In this document: piece by piece, positions 1 to 7,820 of the stretch
How positions within the stretch are numbered: the first letter of the stretch is position 1
How the letters are laid out: each line of letters starts with the position of its first letter
Assembly (NCBI RefSeq): GCF_963422545.2
Contig: NZ_CAXVYT010000026.1
Location: forward strand, 11,844 to 75,843
Direction: 5' to 3'
Source of the DNA: an uncultured Flavobacterium sp.
GTDB taxonomy: Bacteria; Bacteroidota; Bacteroidia; Flavobacteriales; Flavobacteriaceae
DNA: 64,000 nt
Notes under the pieces: generated by a model
What the model was told of the DNA's origin: nothing
What the model saw: the letters and a program-made list of their open reading frames with translations, nothing else
Databases searched by the model: none
Made by a program: the position numbers and the translations under genes

Positions 1-1112
1 TGAAAACATTCAAAACCATCTTTGAACAATATGACTGGGATTCCATTCAATCAAAAATATACCAAACCACATCAAAAGATGTTGAGCGCGCTTTAGTAAA
101 AAACAAACGAAATCTCGATGATTTTTTAGTTTTGATTTCTCCTGCTGCGCAACAATATTTAGAGCAAATGGCACAACAATGTCATGAAATCACCAAAAAG
201 CGTTTCGGGAAAACCATACAAATGTATGCGCCTCTGTATTTGAGTAACGAATGCCAGAACATTTGCACCTATTGTGGTTTTAGCTTAGACAATAAAATCA
301 ACCGAAAAACACTTTCTGATGCCGAAATTAAACTTGAAGTTGAAGCGTTAAAAAATACCGGTTTTGACCATGTTTTATTAGTTACCGGCGAAGCAAATTA
401 CACTGTAAATATTAATTATTTCCTGAATGCGATTGCTTTAATCCGAGAACAATTTTCAATTATTTCTGTTGAAGTTCAACCACTTTCTACCGAAGATTAT
501 AAACGTTTGCATGAAGCCGGAGTTTATTCCGTTTTGGTATATCAGGAAACCTATCATCAGGAAGTTTATAAAAAATATCACACGAAAGGCAAAAAATCAA
601 ACTTCGATTACAGACTGGAAACTCCCGACCGAATTGGAATTGCAGGAATTCATAAAATAGGACTAGGCGTTTTATTAGGTTTGGAAGATTGGCGAACAGA
701 TAGTTTTTTTAATGCTTTACACCTCGATTATCTTCAGAGAAAATACTGGCAGACTAAATATTCAGTTTCATTTCCGAGATTACGTCCTGCAGAAGGCATT
801 ATTGAACCCAATTTTATTATGGATGATAAGGATTTAACCCAACTTATTTGTGCGTATCGTTTATGGAATGAAGATTTGGAAATTTCTATTTCGACCCGTG
901 AAAATGAAAAATTCAGAAACAATATTATTCCAATTGGAGTTACAAGTATGAGCGCAGGTTCAAAAACAAATCCGGGTGGCTATGTTGTTGATCCACAATC
1001 ATTGGAACAATTTGAAATTAGCGACGAACGCTCTGCAGAAGAAATAGCGAAAATCATAACAGAATCAGGCTACGAACCTGTTTGGAAAGATTGGGACAAA
1101 AGTTACAATTAA
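1..1112 (+). CDS. thiH: 2-iminoacetate synthase ThiH (radical SAM); start codon clipped by left window edge
   Basis: It has the radical-SAM CxxxCxxC motif 'CQNICTYCGFS' and a ThiH-like sequence. The listed start (TTG at 132) is not real. The same frame stays open back to nt 3 (KTFKTIFEQYDWDSIQSKIYQTTSKDVERAL...), and nt 1-2 'tg' look like the end of the ATG. Confidence 0.9.
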   Translation, partial: KTFKTIFEQYDWDSIQSKIYQTTSKDVERALVKNKRNLDDFLVLISPAAQQYLEQMAQQCHEITKKRFGKTIQMYAPLYLSNECQNICTYCGFSLDNKINRKTLSDAEIKLEVEALKNTGFDHVLLVTGEANYTVNINYFLNAIALIREQFSIISVEVQPLSTEDYKRLHEAGVYSVLVYQETYHQEVYKKYHTKGKKSNFDYRLETPDRIGIAGIHKIGLGVLLGLEDWRTDSFFNALHLDYLQRKYWQTKYSVSFPRLRPAEGIIEPNFIMDDKDLTQLICAYRLWNEDLEISISTRENEKFRNNIIPIGVTSMSAGSKTNPGGYVVDPQSLEQFEISDERSAEEIAKIITESGYEPVWKDWDKSYN

Positions 1113-1207
1113 AGAAATTCCAAATTGAAAATCCCAAATTCCAACCAAATCTAAAATTTCAGGTTTCAAATTTCACAAACAACATTTCACATTTCACCTT
1201 TTACAAA

Positions 1208-1918
1208 ATGAGCATTATACAAGAATTTTTACGCTACAATAGACAAACCATCCTTCCCGAAATTGGCGATGAAGGTCAGGAAAAACTCAAAAAAGCAAGA
1301 GTTTTGGTCATTGGTGCCGGAGGTTTGGGATGTCCAATTTTACAATATATTGCTACGGCAGGCGTCGGTTTTATTGGGATAATGGATTTTGATACTATTG
1401 AAATTCACAACCTGCACAGACAAATTTTATATACTGAAAATGAAATCGGACAAAGCAAAGTTCGTGTTGCCAAAGAAGTAGTTTCAAAACTAAATCCGTT
1501 GATTGAGACTGAAGCTATTAATGAGAAATTGACCGTAGAAAATGCAAGTGAAATTATTCAAAAATATGATATTATTGTGGATGGTTCTGACAATTTTACG
1601 ACACGTTATTTAGTTAACGATACTTGTGTTGCATTACAAAAGCCTTTAGTTTATGGAAGTATTTTGAAGTTTGAAGGGCAAGTTGCCGTTTTTAACCACA
1701 ACGGAAGTAAAAATTTACGCAATTTATTTCCTGAAATGCCAGATCCAAAAGATGTTCCTAATTGTAATTTGAATGGTATTTTAGGAACTTTACCTGGAAT
1801 TATTGGTACTATGATGGCGCACGAAACTCTGAAACTAATTTTAGAATTACCTACTTTAAAAAATGAATTGGTTCTTTTTAGTACTTTGAATTGGAGCTTT
1901 ACAAAACTGAATTTCTAA
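1208..1918 (+). CDS. thiF: ThiF/MoeB/HesA-family adenylyltransferase (thiazole biosynthesis)
   Basis: It has the Rossmann motif 'VLVIGAGGLGCP' and the start 'YNRQTILPEIG', and it lies directly after thiH. I place the start at the ATG at 1208 (MSIIQEF...). The 1082-1207 part of the ORF is a low-complexity repeat-filled spacer. Confidence 0.85.
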   Translation: MSIIQEFLRYNRQTILPEIGDEGQEKLKKARVLVIGAGGLGCPILQYIATAGVGFIGIMDFDTIEIHNLHRQILYTENEIGQSKVRVAKEVVSKLNPLIETEAINEKLTVENASEIIQKYDIIVDGSDNFTTRYLVNDTCVALQKPLVYGSILKFEGQVAVFNHNGSKNLRNLFPEMPDPKDVPNCNLNGILGTLPGIIGTMMAHETLKLILELPTLKNELVLFSTLNWSFTKLNF

Positions 1919-2709
1919 AATACAATTTTATCTCCAACACTAATAATTCCACTATTTAAACTCACAATATTTGTCCCGAATAAAACAGAATTATTAACAT
2001 TTCTGTATTTACTCAAAGTTTTTAAAGGTTCTTTTTTTACAATACCTTTCTGCGGATCATTATTTACCATAATACATCTTCCGCAGGGTTTTACGTTTTT
2101 AAAATTAACTTCACCGATCTTGAAAGTATTGAAATCATCTTCTTCATGAGGAACTTCGCTGCTTATAACAATATTAGGACGAAATCTCAAAATAGTAATT
2201 TTATCCTCAAGTTTTTCATTCAAAAAATCCAGGCTTTTTGTCCCAATTAGTAAGTAAGGATAACCGTCGGCCAGACTTACATTGAAGGTTTCTTTTAGTC
2301 TTGAACTTTCATGTTTACGATCTCCGCTTTTAATAATTTTAACGAGTTTACATTCAAATCCTAATTGTTTACTAAACCATTTTGAAGTAGCAGAATTTAC
2401 CTCAACAACTTCGCTTTTATCATCCCAAACGTTCACTTTTATTGGACTATTTAAATGTTCTGTTGTAAAAAATTCATGTTTTTGATCCTGAAAAGTAATG
2501 CTGATTTTTCCATCTGAAATTTGTGGATAAAACTGACTTAGAATTGGATATTCTCTTTGTGTTATAAATTGATTTTCAGCATCAACCAACATCCATCTGC
2601 GATCATTCTCGAATCCCATTTCTTCTGCAAAAGCTTTCTGACAACTAATGCCGGCTAAGCTTTTTATCGGATATACATAAATTTCTTTTACAGTATAAAT
2701 TGTGCTCAT
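1915..2709 (-). CDS. MOSC domain-containing protein
   Basis: It has the MOSC_N start 'YVYPIKSLAGI' plus 'RFRPNIV' and 'PCGRC'. Its stop overlaps the thiF stop convergently by about 4 nt. Confidence 0.8.
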   Translation of the reverse strand: MSTIYTVKEIYVYPIKSLAGISCQKAFAEEMGFENDRRWMLVDAENQFITQREYPILSQFYPQISDGKISITFQDQKHEFFTTEHLNSPIKVNVWDDKSEVVEVNSATSKWFSKQLGFECKLVKIIKSGDRKHESSRLKETFNVSLADGYPYLLIGTKSLDFLNEKLEDKITILRFRPNIVISSEVPHEEDDFNTFKIGEVNFKNVKPCGRCIMVNNDPQKGIVKKEPLKTLSKYRNVNNSVLFGTNIVSLNSGIISVGDKIVF

Positions 2710-2711
2710 TA

Positions 2712-3350
2712 CTACTTATTTTCTAAAATAAACATAAATTCTTCACGATCAATTTCGCGACAGCCTAAACTCTCTAAATGCGGATTGTAAACCTGACAAT
2801 CTAAAAGTTTGTAATTTTCTTTTTCTAAATAATTGACCAAAGCGATAAAGGCAACTTTTGAGGCATTTGATACTTTCGAAAACATACTTTCTCCGCAAAA
2901 AACATGTCCTAAATCAATACCATATAAACCTCCAACCAAAACCTCATCTTGCCAGACTTCAACAGATTTTGCAATTCCCTGTTCATTCAATTTGCAATAA
3001 GCATCAATCATTTCGTTAGAAATCCATGTTCCGTTTTGACCGTCGCGCTTTATTTTTTGGCAATTCGAAATCACGTCTGCAAAACTTTTATTAAAAGTAA
3101 CTTTAAACTGATTTCTGTTTAAGATGTTTCTCATGCTTTTAGACACAATTAATTCATCCAGAAACAAAACCATTCTGGGATCTGGCGACCACCAAAGAAT
3201 GGGTTCTCCTTCATTAAACCAAGGAAAAATTCCGCTTTTGTAAGCCAGTTTTAATCGTTCCGGATTTAAATCACCGCCAACTGCCAGAATTCCTTCTTCA
3301 TCAGCTTCTGTAACGGGAGGAAAAAATAAATCGTTGAATATATAATGCAT
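2712..3350 (-). CDS. aat: leucyl/phenylalanyl-tRNA--protein transferase
   Basis: The motifs 'GIFPWF', 'ILWWSPDPR' and 'ESMFS' are typical of Aat. There is a 2-nt gap to the downstream MOSC gene. Confidence 0.88.
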   Translation of the reverse strand: MHYIFNDLFFPPVTEADEEGILAVGGDLNPERLKLAYKSGIFPWFNEGEPILWWSPDPRMVLFLDELIVSKSMRNILNRNQFKVTFNKSFADVISNCQKIKRDGQNGTWISNEMIDAYCKLNEQGIAKSVEVWQDEVLVGGLYGIDLGHVFCGESMFSKVSNASKVAFIALVNYLEKENYKLLDCQVYNPHLESLGCREIDREEFMFILENK

Positions 3351-3403
3351 CTTTTAAATAAAATTCCAAATTTTAAATCCCAAATTCCAATTCTCTCAAT
3401 ATT

Positions 3404-3490
3404 GTCATTGCGAGGAACAAAGCAACCACACTAGCTATAAAACACAAAGTTCGATTTTGTAAATGAGGTTGCTTCGTTCCTCGCAATGAC
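3404..3490. repeat. REP-like inverted pair of the 24-nt unit GTCATTGCGAGGAAC(A/G)AAGCAAYC
   Basis: The left arm at 3404-3427 is 'gtcattgcgaggaacaaagcaacc'. The right arm at 3467-3490 is 'ggttgcttcgttcctcgcaatgac'. This is a reverse complement with 1 mismatch and a 39-nt spacer. The same unit recurs at 6695-6718 and 16115-16199. Confidence 0.9.
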
Positions 3491-3518
3491 ATAAAATGCG
3501 TTGAGTTTCCAATACAAA

Positions 3519-3566
3519 AAATTCCAAACTCCAATTACATATTTTATGAATTGGAATTTGGAATTT
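3519..3566 (-). terminator. hairpin of the AATTCCAAATTCCAA family, downstream of the DUF3127 gene
   Basis: 'aaattccaaactccaatt' (3519-3536) pairs with 'aattggaatttggaattt' (3549-3566) with 1 mismatch. It lies 20 nt past the stop of the 3587-3958 gene. Confidence 0.6.
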
Positions 3567-3586
3567 AATTTTTAGATTTTAAACGT

Positions 3587-3958
3587 TTAGAAAGGTAAAT
3601 CGTCCGGTTCGTCTTCGTTTAAATTAGTTGCCGGAGCAAAAGCTTCTGCAGCAGGCATTGGTGGTGTTTGCGCAGGACCTTCCGGAGCTAATCTTTCGAT
3701 TCTCCAACCTTGAATACTATTAAAATATCTGGTTTCTCCTTGTGGATTAACCCATTCTCTTCCTCTTAAATTGATAGAAACTTTTACTGCCTCTCCTTGT
3801 TTGTAGCTACTTAATAAATCGCATTTATCTTGTGTAAATTCGATCAAAATATGCTGTGGATACTGCTCATCTGTGGTAACAACCAACTCTCTTTTTTTGA
3901 ATGCAGCACTAACTTGTTGCTCTGGGTTAACCACTTTTACTTTTCCTGTAACTTCCAT
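3587..3958 (-). CDS. DUF3127-like OB-fold protein with an SSB-type acidic C-terminal tip
   Basis: The 123-aa ORF has a Pro/Ala-rich linker and ends in 'EDEPDDLPF', resembling the SSB 'DDDIPF' tip. Confidence 0.75.
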   Translation of the reverse strand: MEVTGKVKVVNPEQQVSAAFKKRELVVTTDEQYPQHILIEFTQDKCDLLSSYKQGEAVKVSINLRGREWVNPQGETRYFNSIQGWRIERLAPEGPAQTPPMPAAEAFAPATNLNEDEPDDLPF

Positions 3959-3989
3959 CTTCTTTCTATATTAATTATTGTTTCTTTTC

Positions 3990-4865
3990 TTATTTCTTAG
4001 CTAAAAGCACTTTCCAAGCCGACGAAATATCATCTTTATTCAGGTATTTTTTGGCTTCTAAATGTATTTTTTCCTGATCGTCTGAGCTTAAAACTCCTTT
4101 TACAGAAAAATTTTCTTTCACAAATATACTAACTTCTTCCGTTGTAGGCAAGGCTTCTACATTGCCTAATTTCCCAAGATCATTTCCGTCAAATACGGGG
4201 CTTTCTTTTATATAATTGGGAATTGCATCTACACCAACTCCTAAAGTTGTCAATGGTTTTGGCACTTCAAAAAGCCCTTGATTTGACCTTGAATACCAAT
4301 TACTTCCCAATCTCGAAACTAAGTCTATTTTGTGTTGATCGATTGCTCCATTTTCATCTAAAATAGCTTCATGAATATGAATTTTAACTACTTCGCAAAG
4401 AATCAAATTTCCTGCTCCGCCCTCTGTTCCCAAAGGAATTATCTGTGTGACTTTGCACTCAAACTGCACTGGAGACTCTTTTACCCGATACGGTTTTACA
4501 AAATCTGATGGAATTTGTGTTAATCCGGCTTTTATAAACTCGTTTACACCTTCTCCATATTCTGTACTTGCCAATGATGTTTGTTGTACCAAATCATAAT
4601 TAACAACATTAATTACTACTTCACGAGTTGCCTCAGCATTAATTAAAGTATGTTTTATGGTGTTATCGCGTACACGTCTTGCAGGCGAAAAAACCAATAT
4701 TGGCGGATTGGCACTGAACACATTAAAGAAACTAAATGGCGACAAATTCGGGATTCCTTTTGCACTTAACGTACTTGCAAATGCGATTGGTCTTGGTCCA
4801 ATGGCACTTTGCAAATAACCCTGCAATTTTGCCGTTGGTATCTCTTTTGGATCGATGCTAATCAT
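3990..4865 (-). CDS. flavin reductase-like (FMN-binding split-barrel) family protein
   Basis: 'GPRPIAFASTLSAKGIPNLSPFSFFNVFSANPP' matches the Flavin_Reduct signature pattern. Confidence 0.7.
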   Translation of the reverse strand: MISIDPKEIPTAKLQGYLQSAIGPRPIAFASTLSAKGIPNLSPFSFFNVFSANPPILVFSPARRVRDNTIKHTLINAEATREVVINVVNYDLVQQTSLASTEYGEGVNEFIKAGLTQIPSDFVKPYRVKESPVQFECKVTQIIPLGTEGGAGNLILCEVVKIHIHEAILDENGAIDQHKIDLVSRLGSNWYSRSNQGLFEVPKPLTTLGVGVDAIPNYIKESPVFDGNDLGKLGNVEALPTTEEVSIFVKENFSVKGVLSSDDQEKIHLEAKKYLNKDDISSAWKVLLAKK

Positions 4866-5027
4866 ACTTTTTCTTTTTAACCGAATCTCGTTTCGGAAGC
4901 TACAAAAGTAGAGAAATCGTTTTTGTCAAAGAAATACTTTCGGACTTAAAAACAAAAAAAATCTTTAGAGCTTCATAAAATATTAAATGTGTTTATTTCG
5001 TTATATTTATACCTCAAAAAATAATTT

Positions 5028-6179
5028 ATGTCTTTTTCCGAAAGAAGAAATATAACCCGCTGGATCATTGTTTTTATTTCCTTTCTAATCATTTCTTTGA
5101 TTCTTTGGAATACTTATACTTTTTTTCAAATTTTCAAAAATGAGGAACGCCTTAAAATGAATCTTTGGGCTAATGCTCAAAAGACTTTAGTTAATGCCGA
5201 TGAGAACACTAATTTAGATCTTCCGTTGGATATTCTAAACAATAATACTTCGGTACCGGTAATGCTTACGATGTATGATAAGGTCATTAGTTCTGTCAAT
5301 GTTCCTGAGGAAGTTCTGGCCGACAGAGAGAAGACTACATCTTATTTGAATAATTTAAAGAGCGAAAATGATCCTATAGTTATTGAATATGCTCCCGGAA
5401 AACATCAGGAAGTATATTATGGAAACTCGGCATTACTTAATAAACTCAAATATTATCCAATTGCTTTATTGTTGATTATCTTTTTGTTTGGCGCTTTAAT
5501 TTATAATTTCTACAGAAGTACTAAAATGGCGACTCAAAATAAACTTTGGGCAGGAATGGCAAAAGAAACCGCACATCAAATTGGAACACCATTATCTTCC
5601 TTAATAGGTTGGGTTGAAATCTTAAAGACCGAAAACATTGATCTGTCGATAACATCAGAAATAGAAAAAGATATTGAGCGACTGCAAACTATTACGGATC
5701 GTTTTTCAAAAATTGGATCTGTTCCTGTTTTAGAAAAACATGATATTGTTGCCGAAACCCTGAATACTTACGGGTATTTACAATCTCGTTTTTCGAAGCA
5801 GGTTACTTTCTCTTATCACACTCCCGAAGAACCAATTTTTGCTATGATAAACCCAACATTGCATAGTTGGACTATTGAAAATCTAGTTAAAAACGCAATT
5901 GATGCCATGAAAGGAAAAGGAACTCTGGACCTTCAAATTGAACAAGATACGCATCATGTAAAAATCAACGTGAAGGATTCCGGAACGGGAATTTTGAAAA
6001 AGCAATTTAATACCATTTTCGAACCTGGTTTTACTACCAAGAAACGTGGCTGGGGATTGGGACTTTCTTTAACCAAAAGAATCGTAGAAGAATATCATCG
6101 CGGAAAAATAAAAGTCTTGCATTCTGAAATTGGAAAAGGAACCACATTTCAGATTTCTCTAAATAAAAAAGTGCAGTAA
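5028..6179 (+). CDS. sensor histidine kinase (two TM segments, no adjacent response regulator)
   Basis: It has the H-box 'ETAHQIGTPLSSL', the N-box 'NLVKNAIDAM' and the G-boxes 'DSGTGI' and 'GWGLGLSL'. Confidence 0.88.
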   Translation: MSFSERRNITRWIIVFISFLIISLILWNTYTFFQIFKNEERLKMNLWANAQKTLVNADENTNLDLPLDILNNNTSVPVMLTMYDKVISSVNVPEEVLADREKTTSYLNNLKSENDPIVIEYAPGKHQEVYYGNSALLNKLKYYPIALLLIIFLFGALIYNFYRSTKMATQNKLWAGMAKETAHQIGTPLSSLIGWVEILKTENIDLSITSEIEKDIERLQTITDRFSKIGSVPVLEKHDIVAETLNTYGYLQSRFSKQVTFSYHTPEEPIFAMINPTLHSWTIENLVKNAIDAMKGKGTLDLQIEQDTHHVKINVKDSGTGILKKQFNTIFEPGFTTKKRGWGLGLSLTKRIVEEYHRGKIKVLHSEIGKGTTFQISLNKKVQ

Positions 6180-6275
6180 ATTTCTTTACTACACTTTACT
6201 TATTTTTATTTCGAATGGACTTCGACTTCGCTCAGTCTGACAATAATTTGACTCTACTCCGTCTGATAATAGGTT

Positions 6276-6662
6276 TTACAAATTCTCCTGAATACTTTTG
6301 GCCAAAGCCTCAAATTCTTCTTTAGAAAGTGATACTTTATTATGAAAGCGCATTTCATCCATATGATTTAACGGAATCAAATGTACGTGTGCGTGAGGAA
6401 CTTCTAAACCTACAACTGCCATCCCGACTCTTTTACAAGGAACCGTTTTCTCTAAAGCAATTGCAATTTTCTTAGAAAACTTCATTAACCCTAAATACAA
6501 TTCATCTTCCATATCAAAAATCTTATCGATTTCTTGTTTTGGAATACATAGTGTGTGTCCTTTAGCATTTGGATTTACATCTAAAAAAGCCAAATAATTA
6601 TCATCTTCAGCAATTTTATAAGAAGGAATTTCTCCTTTTACTATTTTGGTAAATATGCTCAT
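6276..6662 (-). CDS. HIT family hydrolase
   Basis: It carries the histidine triad 'HAHVHLIP'. Confidence 0.88.
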   Translation of the reverse strand: MSIFTKIVKGEIPSYKIAEDDNYLAFLDVNPNAKGHTLCIPKQEIDKIFDMEDELYLGLMKFSKKIAIALEKTVPCKRVGMAVVGLEVPHAHVHLIPLNHMDEMRFHNKVSLSKEEFEALAKSIQENL

Positions 6663-6694
6663 TGTTTATTAATTTTTAAAAAACTTAATCGTGT

Positions 6695-6718
6695 GATTGC
6701 TTCGTTCCTCGCAATGAC
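6695..6718. repeat. solo copy of the 24-nt REP-like unit
   Basis: 'gattgcttcgttcctcgcaatgac' abuts the greA stop codon. I found no partner arm within the 6663-6694 spacer. Confidence 0.85.
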
Positions 6719-7195
6719 TTAGTCTCTTGTGATTTCTAAAATCTCAAATTTCAAAACTCCGTTTGGTACTGTGATTTCTGCAACTTCGCCAACTGATTTT
6801 CCAAGTAAACCTTTTCCAATAGGAGAAGTTACTGAGATTTTTCCAGTTTTCAAATCAGCTTCACTTTCGGCAACGAGTGTGTATTTCATTTCCATTCCGT
6901 TGCTTTGGTTCTTAATTTTTACATTAGAAAGCACCAATGCTTTTGAAACATCTAATTGTGATTCATCAATTAATCTCGCATTAGAATACACTTCTTCCAG
7001 TTTATTAATTCTCATTTCTAACAAACCTTGTGCTTCTTTTGCTGCATCATATTCGGCGTTTTCAGATAAATCACCTTTGTCTCTTGCTTCTGCTATATCT
7101 TGAGATGCCTTAGGACGCATTACACTTTTTAAATGCTCCAATTCATCTTTCAATTTTTTTAATCCTTCTGCGGTATAATAAGATACTTTACTCAT
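6719..7195 (-). CDS. greA: transcription elongation factor GreA
   Basis: It is 158 aa with 'DLSENAEYDAAKE' and a GreA C-terminal domain. Confidence 0.93.
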   Translation of the reverse strand: MSKVSYYTAEGLKKLKDELEHLKSVMRPKASQDIAEARDKGDLSENAEYDAAKEAQGLLEMRINKLEEVYSNARLIDESQLDVSKALVLSNVKIKNQSNGMEMKYTLVAESEADLKTGKISVTSPIGKGLLGKSVGEVAEITVPNGVLKFEILEITRD

Positions 7196-7319
7196 AACTT
7201 CATCGTTTATATAAATACAAAAAATCCCATCGGGACGGGATTTTGTATTACAAATATACTATTATTTTTAATAGTACATAATTATATGTTAATCATATAA
7301 ATTTCAAACCTAAATAATT

Positions 7320-7327
7320 TATTTTTG
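7320..7327 (+). promoter_or_regulatory. Bacteroidota -7 promoter box TAnnTTTG
   Basis: 'tatttttg' lies 24 nt upstream of the ATG at 7351. Confidence 0.45.
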
Positions 7328-7350
7328 TTTCACTAATTCTTATTAAAATA

Positions 7351-7764
7351 ATGAAAAAAATCTGGCTTATAATCGTATTTGTTTCTGTGCTCTTCTCTTG
7401 TAGCGATAATAGCAAAAGCAATAAAAATCCTAATATCCCAAATTATTCCATTAATCTGTCTATAGATATGAATCTGCCGGCTTATTCAAATCTTAAATTT
7501 GCAAGTAATGGAGTTATCGTTCCTAGTTATGGAGCAAAAGGTGTTATTATTTTTAATGCAGGAAGCGGCTATAATGCATTTGATGCAGCTTGCCCAAATC
7601 AACCCATAACCGCATGTACTGCGATGACAATTGATGGTATTAATGCCGTTTGTTCCTGTGATAAATCTTCTTACAGTTTATTTACCGGACTTGGAGGTAA
7701 AGAATATCCATTGAAACAATATCGTGTTGAAGTTATTGGAAGCGTAGTTCATGTTTACAACTAA
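7351..7764 (+). CDS. hypothetical lipoprotein
   Basis: It has a signal peptide with the lipobox 'VLFSC'. It is Cys-rich ('DAACPNQ', 'AVCSCD'), possibly a degenerate Rieske-like fold. That fold call is unverified. Confidence 0.65.
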   Translation: MKKIWLIIVFVSVLFSCSDNSKSNKNPNIPNYSINLSIDMNLPAYSNLKFASNGVIVPSYGAKGVIIFNAGSGYNAFDAACPNQPITACTAMTIDGINAVCSCDKSSYSLFTGLGGKEYPLKQYRVEVIGSVVHVYN

Positions 7765-7767
7765 AAT

Positions 7768-7806
7768 AAAAAAAGCCTGAAAATTTAAAACTTTCAGGCT
7801 TTTTAT
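7768..7806. terminator. bidirectional rho-independent terminator
   Basis: The stem 'agcctgaaa'/'tttcaggct' is flanked by an A-run and a T-run. It sits between convergent genes ending at 7764 and 7821. Confidence 0.75.
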
Positions 7807-7820
7807 TTTGTAGAAATCCT

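Noticed and set aside
1082-1207. The N-terminal 42 codons of the 278-aa thiF ORF (non-ATG start).
   Set aside because: This region is the repeat-stutter spacer ('aaattccaaattgaaaatcccaaattccaa...'). The conserved ThiF sequence starts at the ATG at 1208.
5028-6179. The orphan histidine kinase as a PorY-type T9SS regulator.
   Set aside because: Only its orphan status and two-TM architecture suggest this. It is 50 kb from the T9SS genes, and I cannot verify orthology without a search.
6729-7103. A 124-aa plus-strand ORF.
   Set aside because: It is antisense to greA, and its Ser/Phe-rich composition is typical of shadow ORFs.
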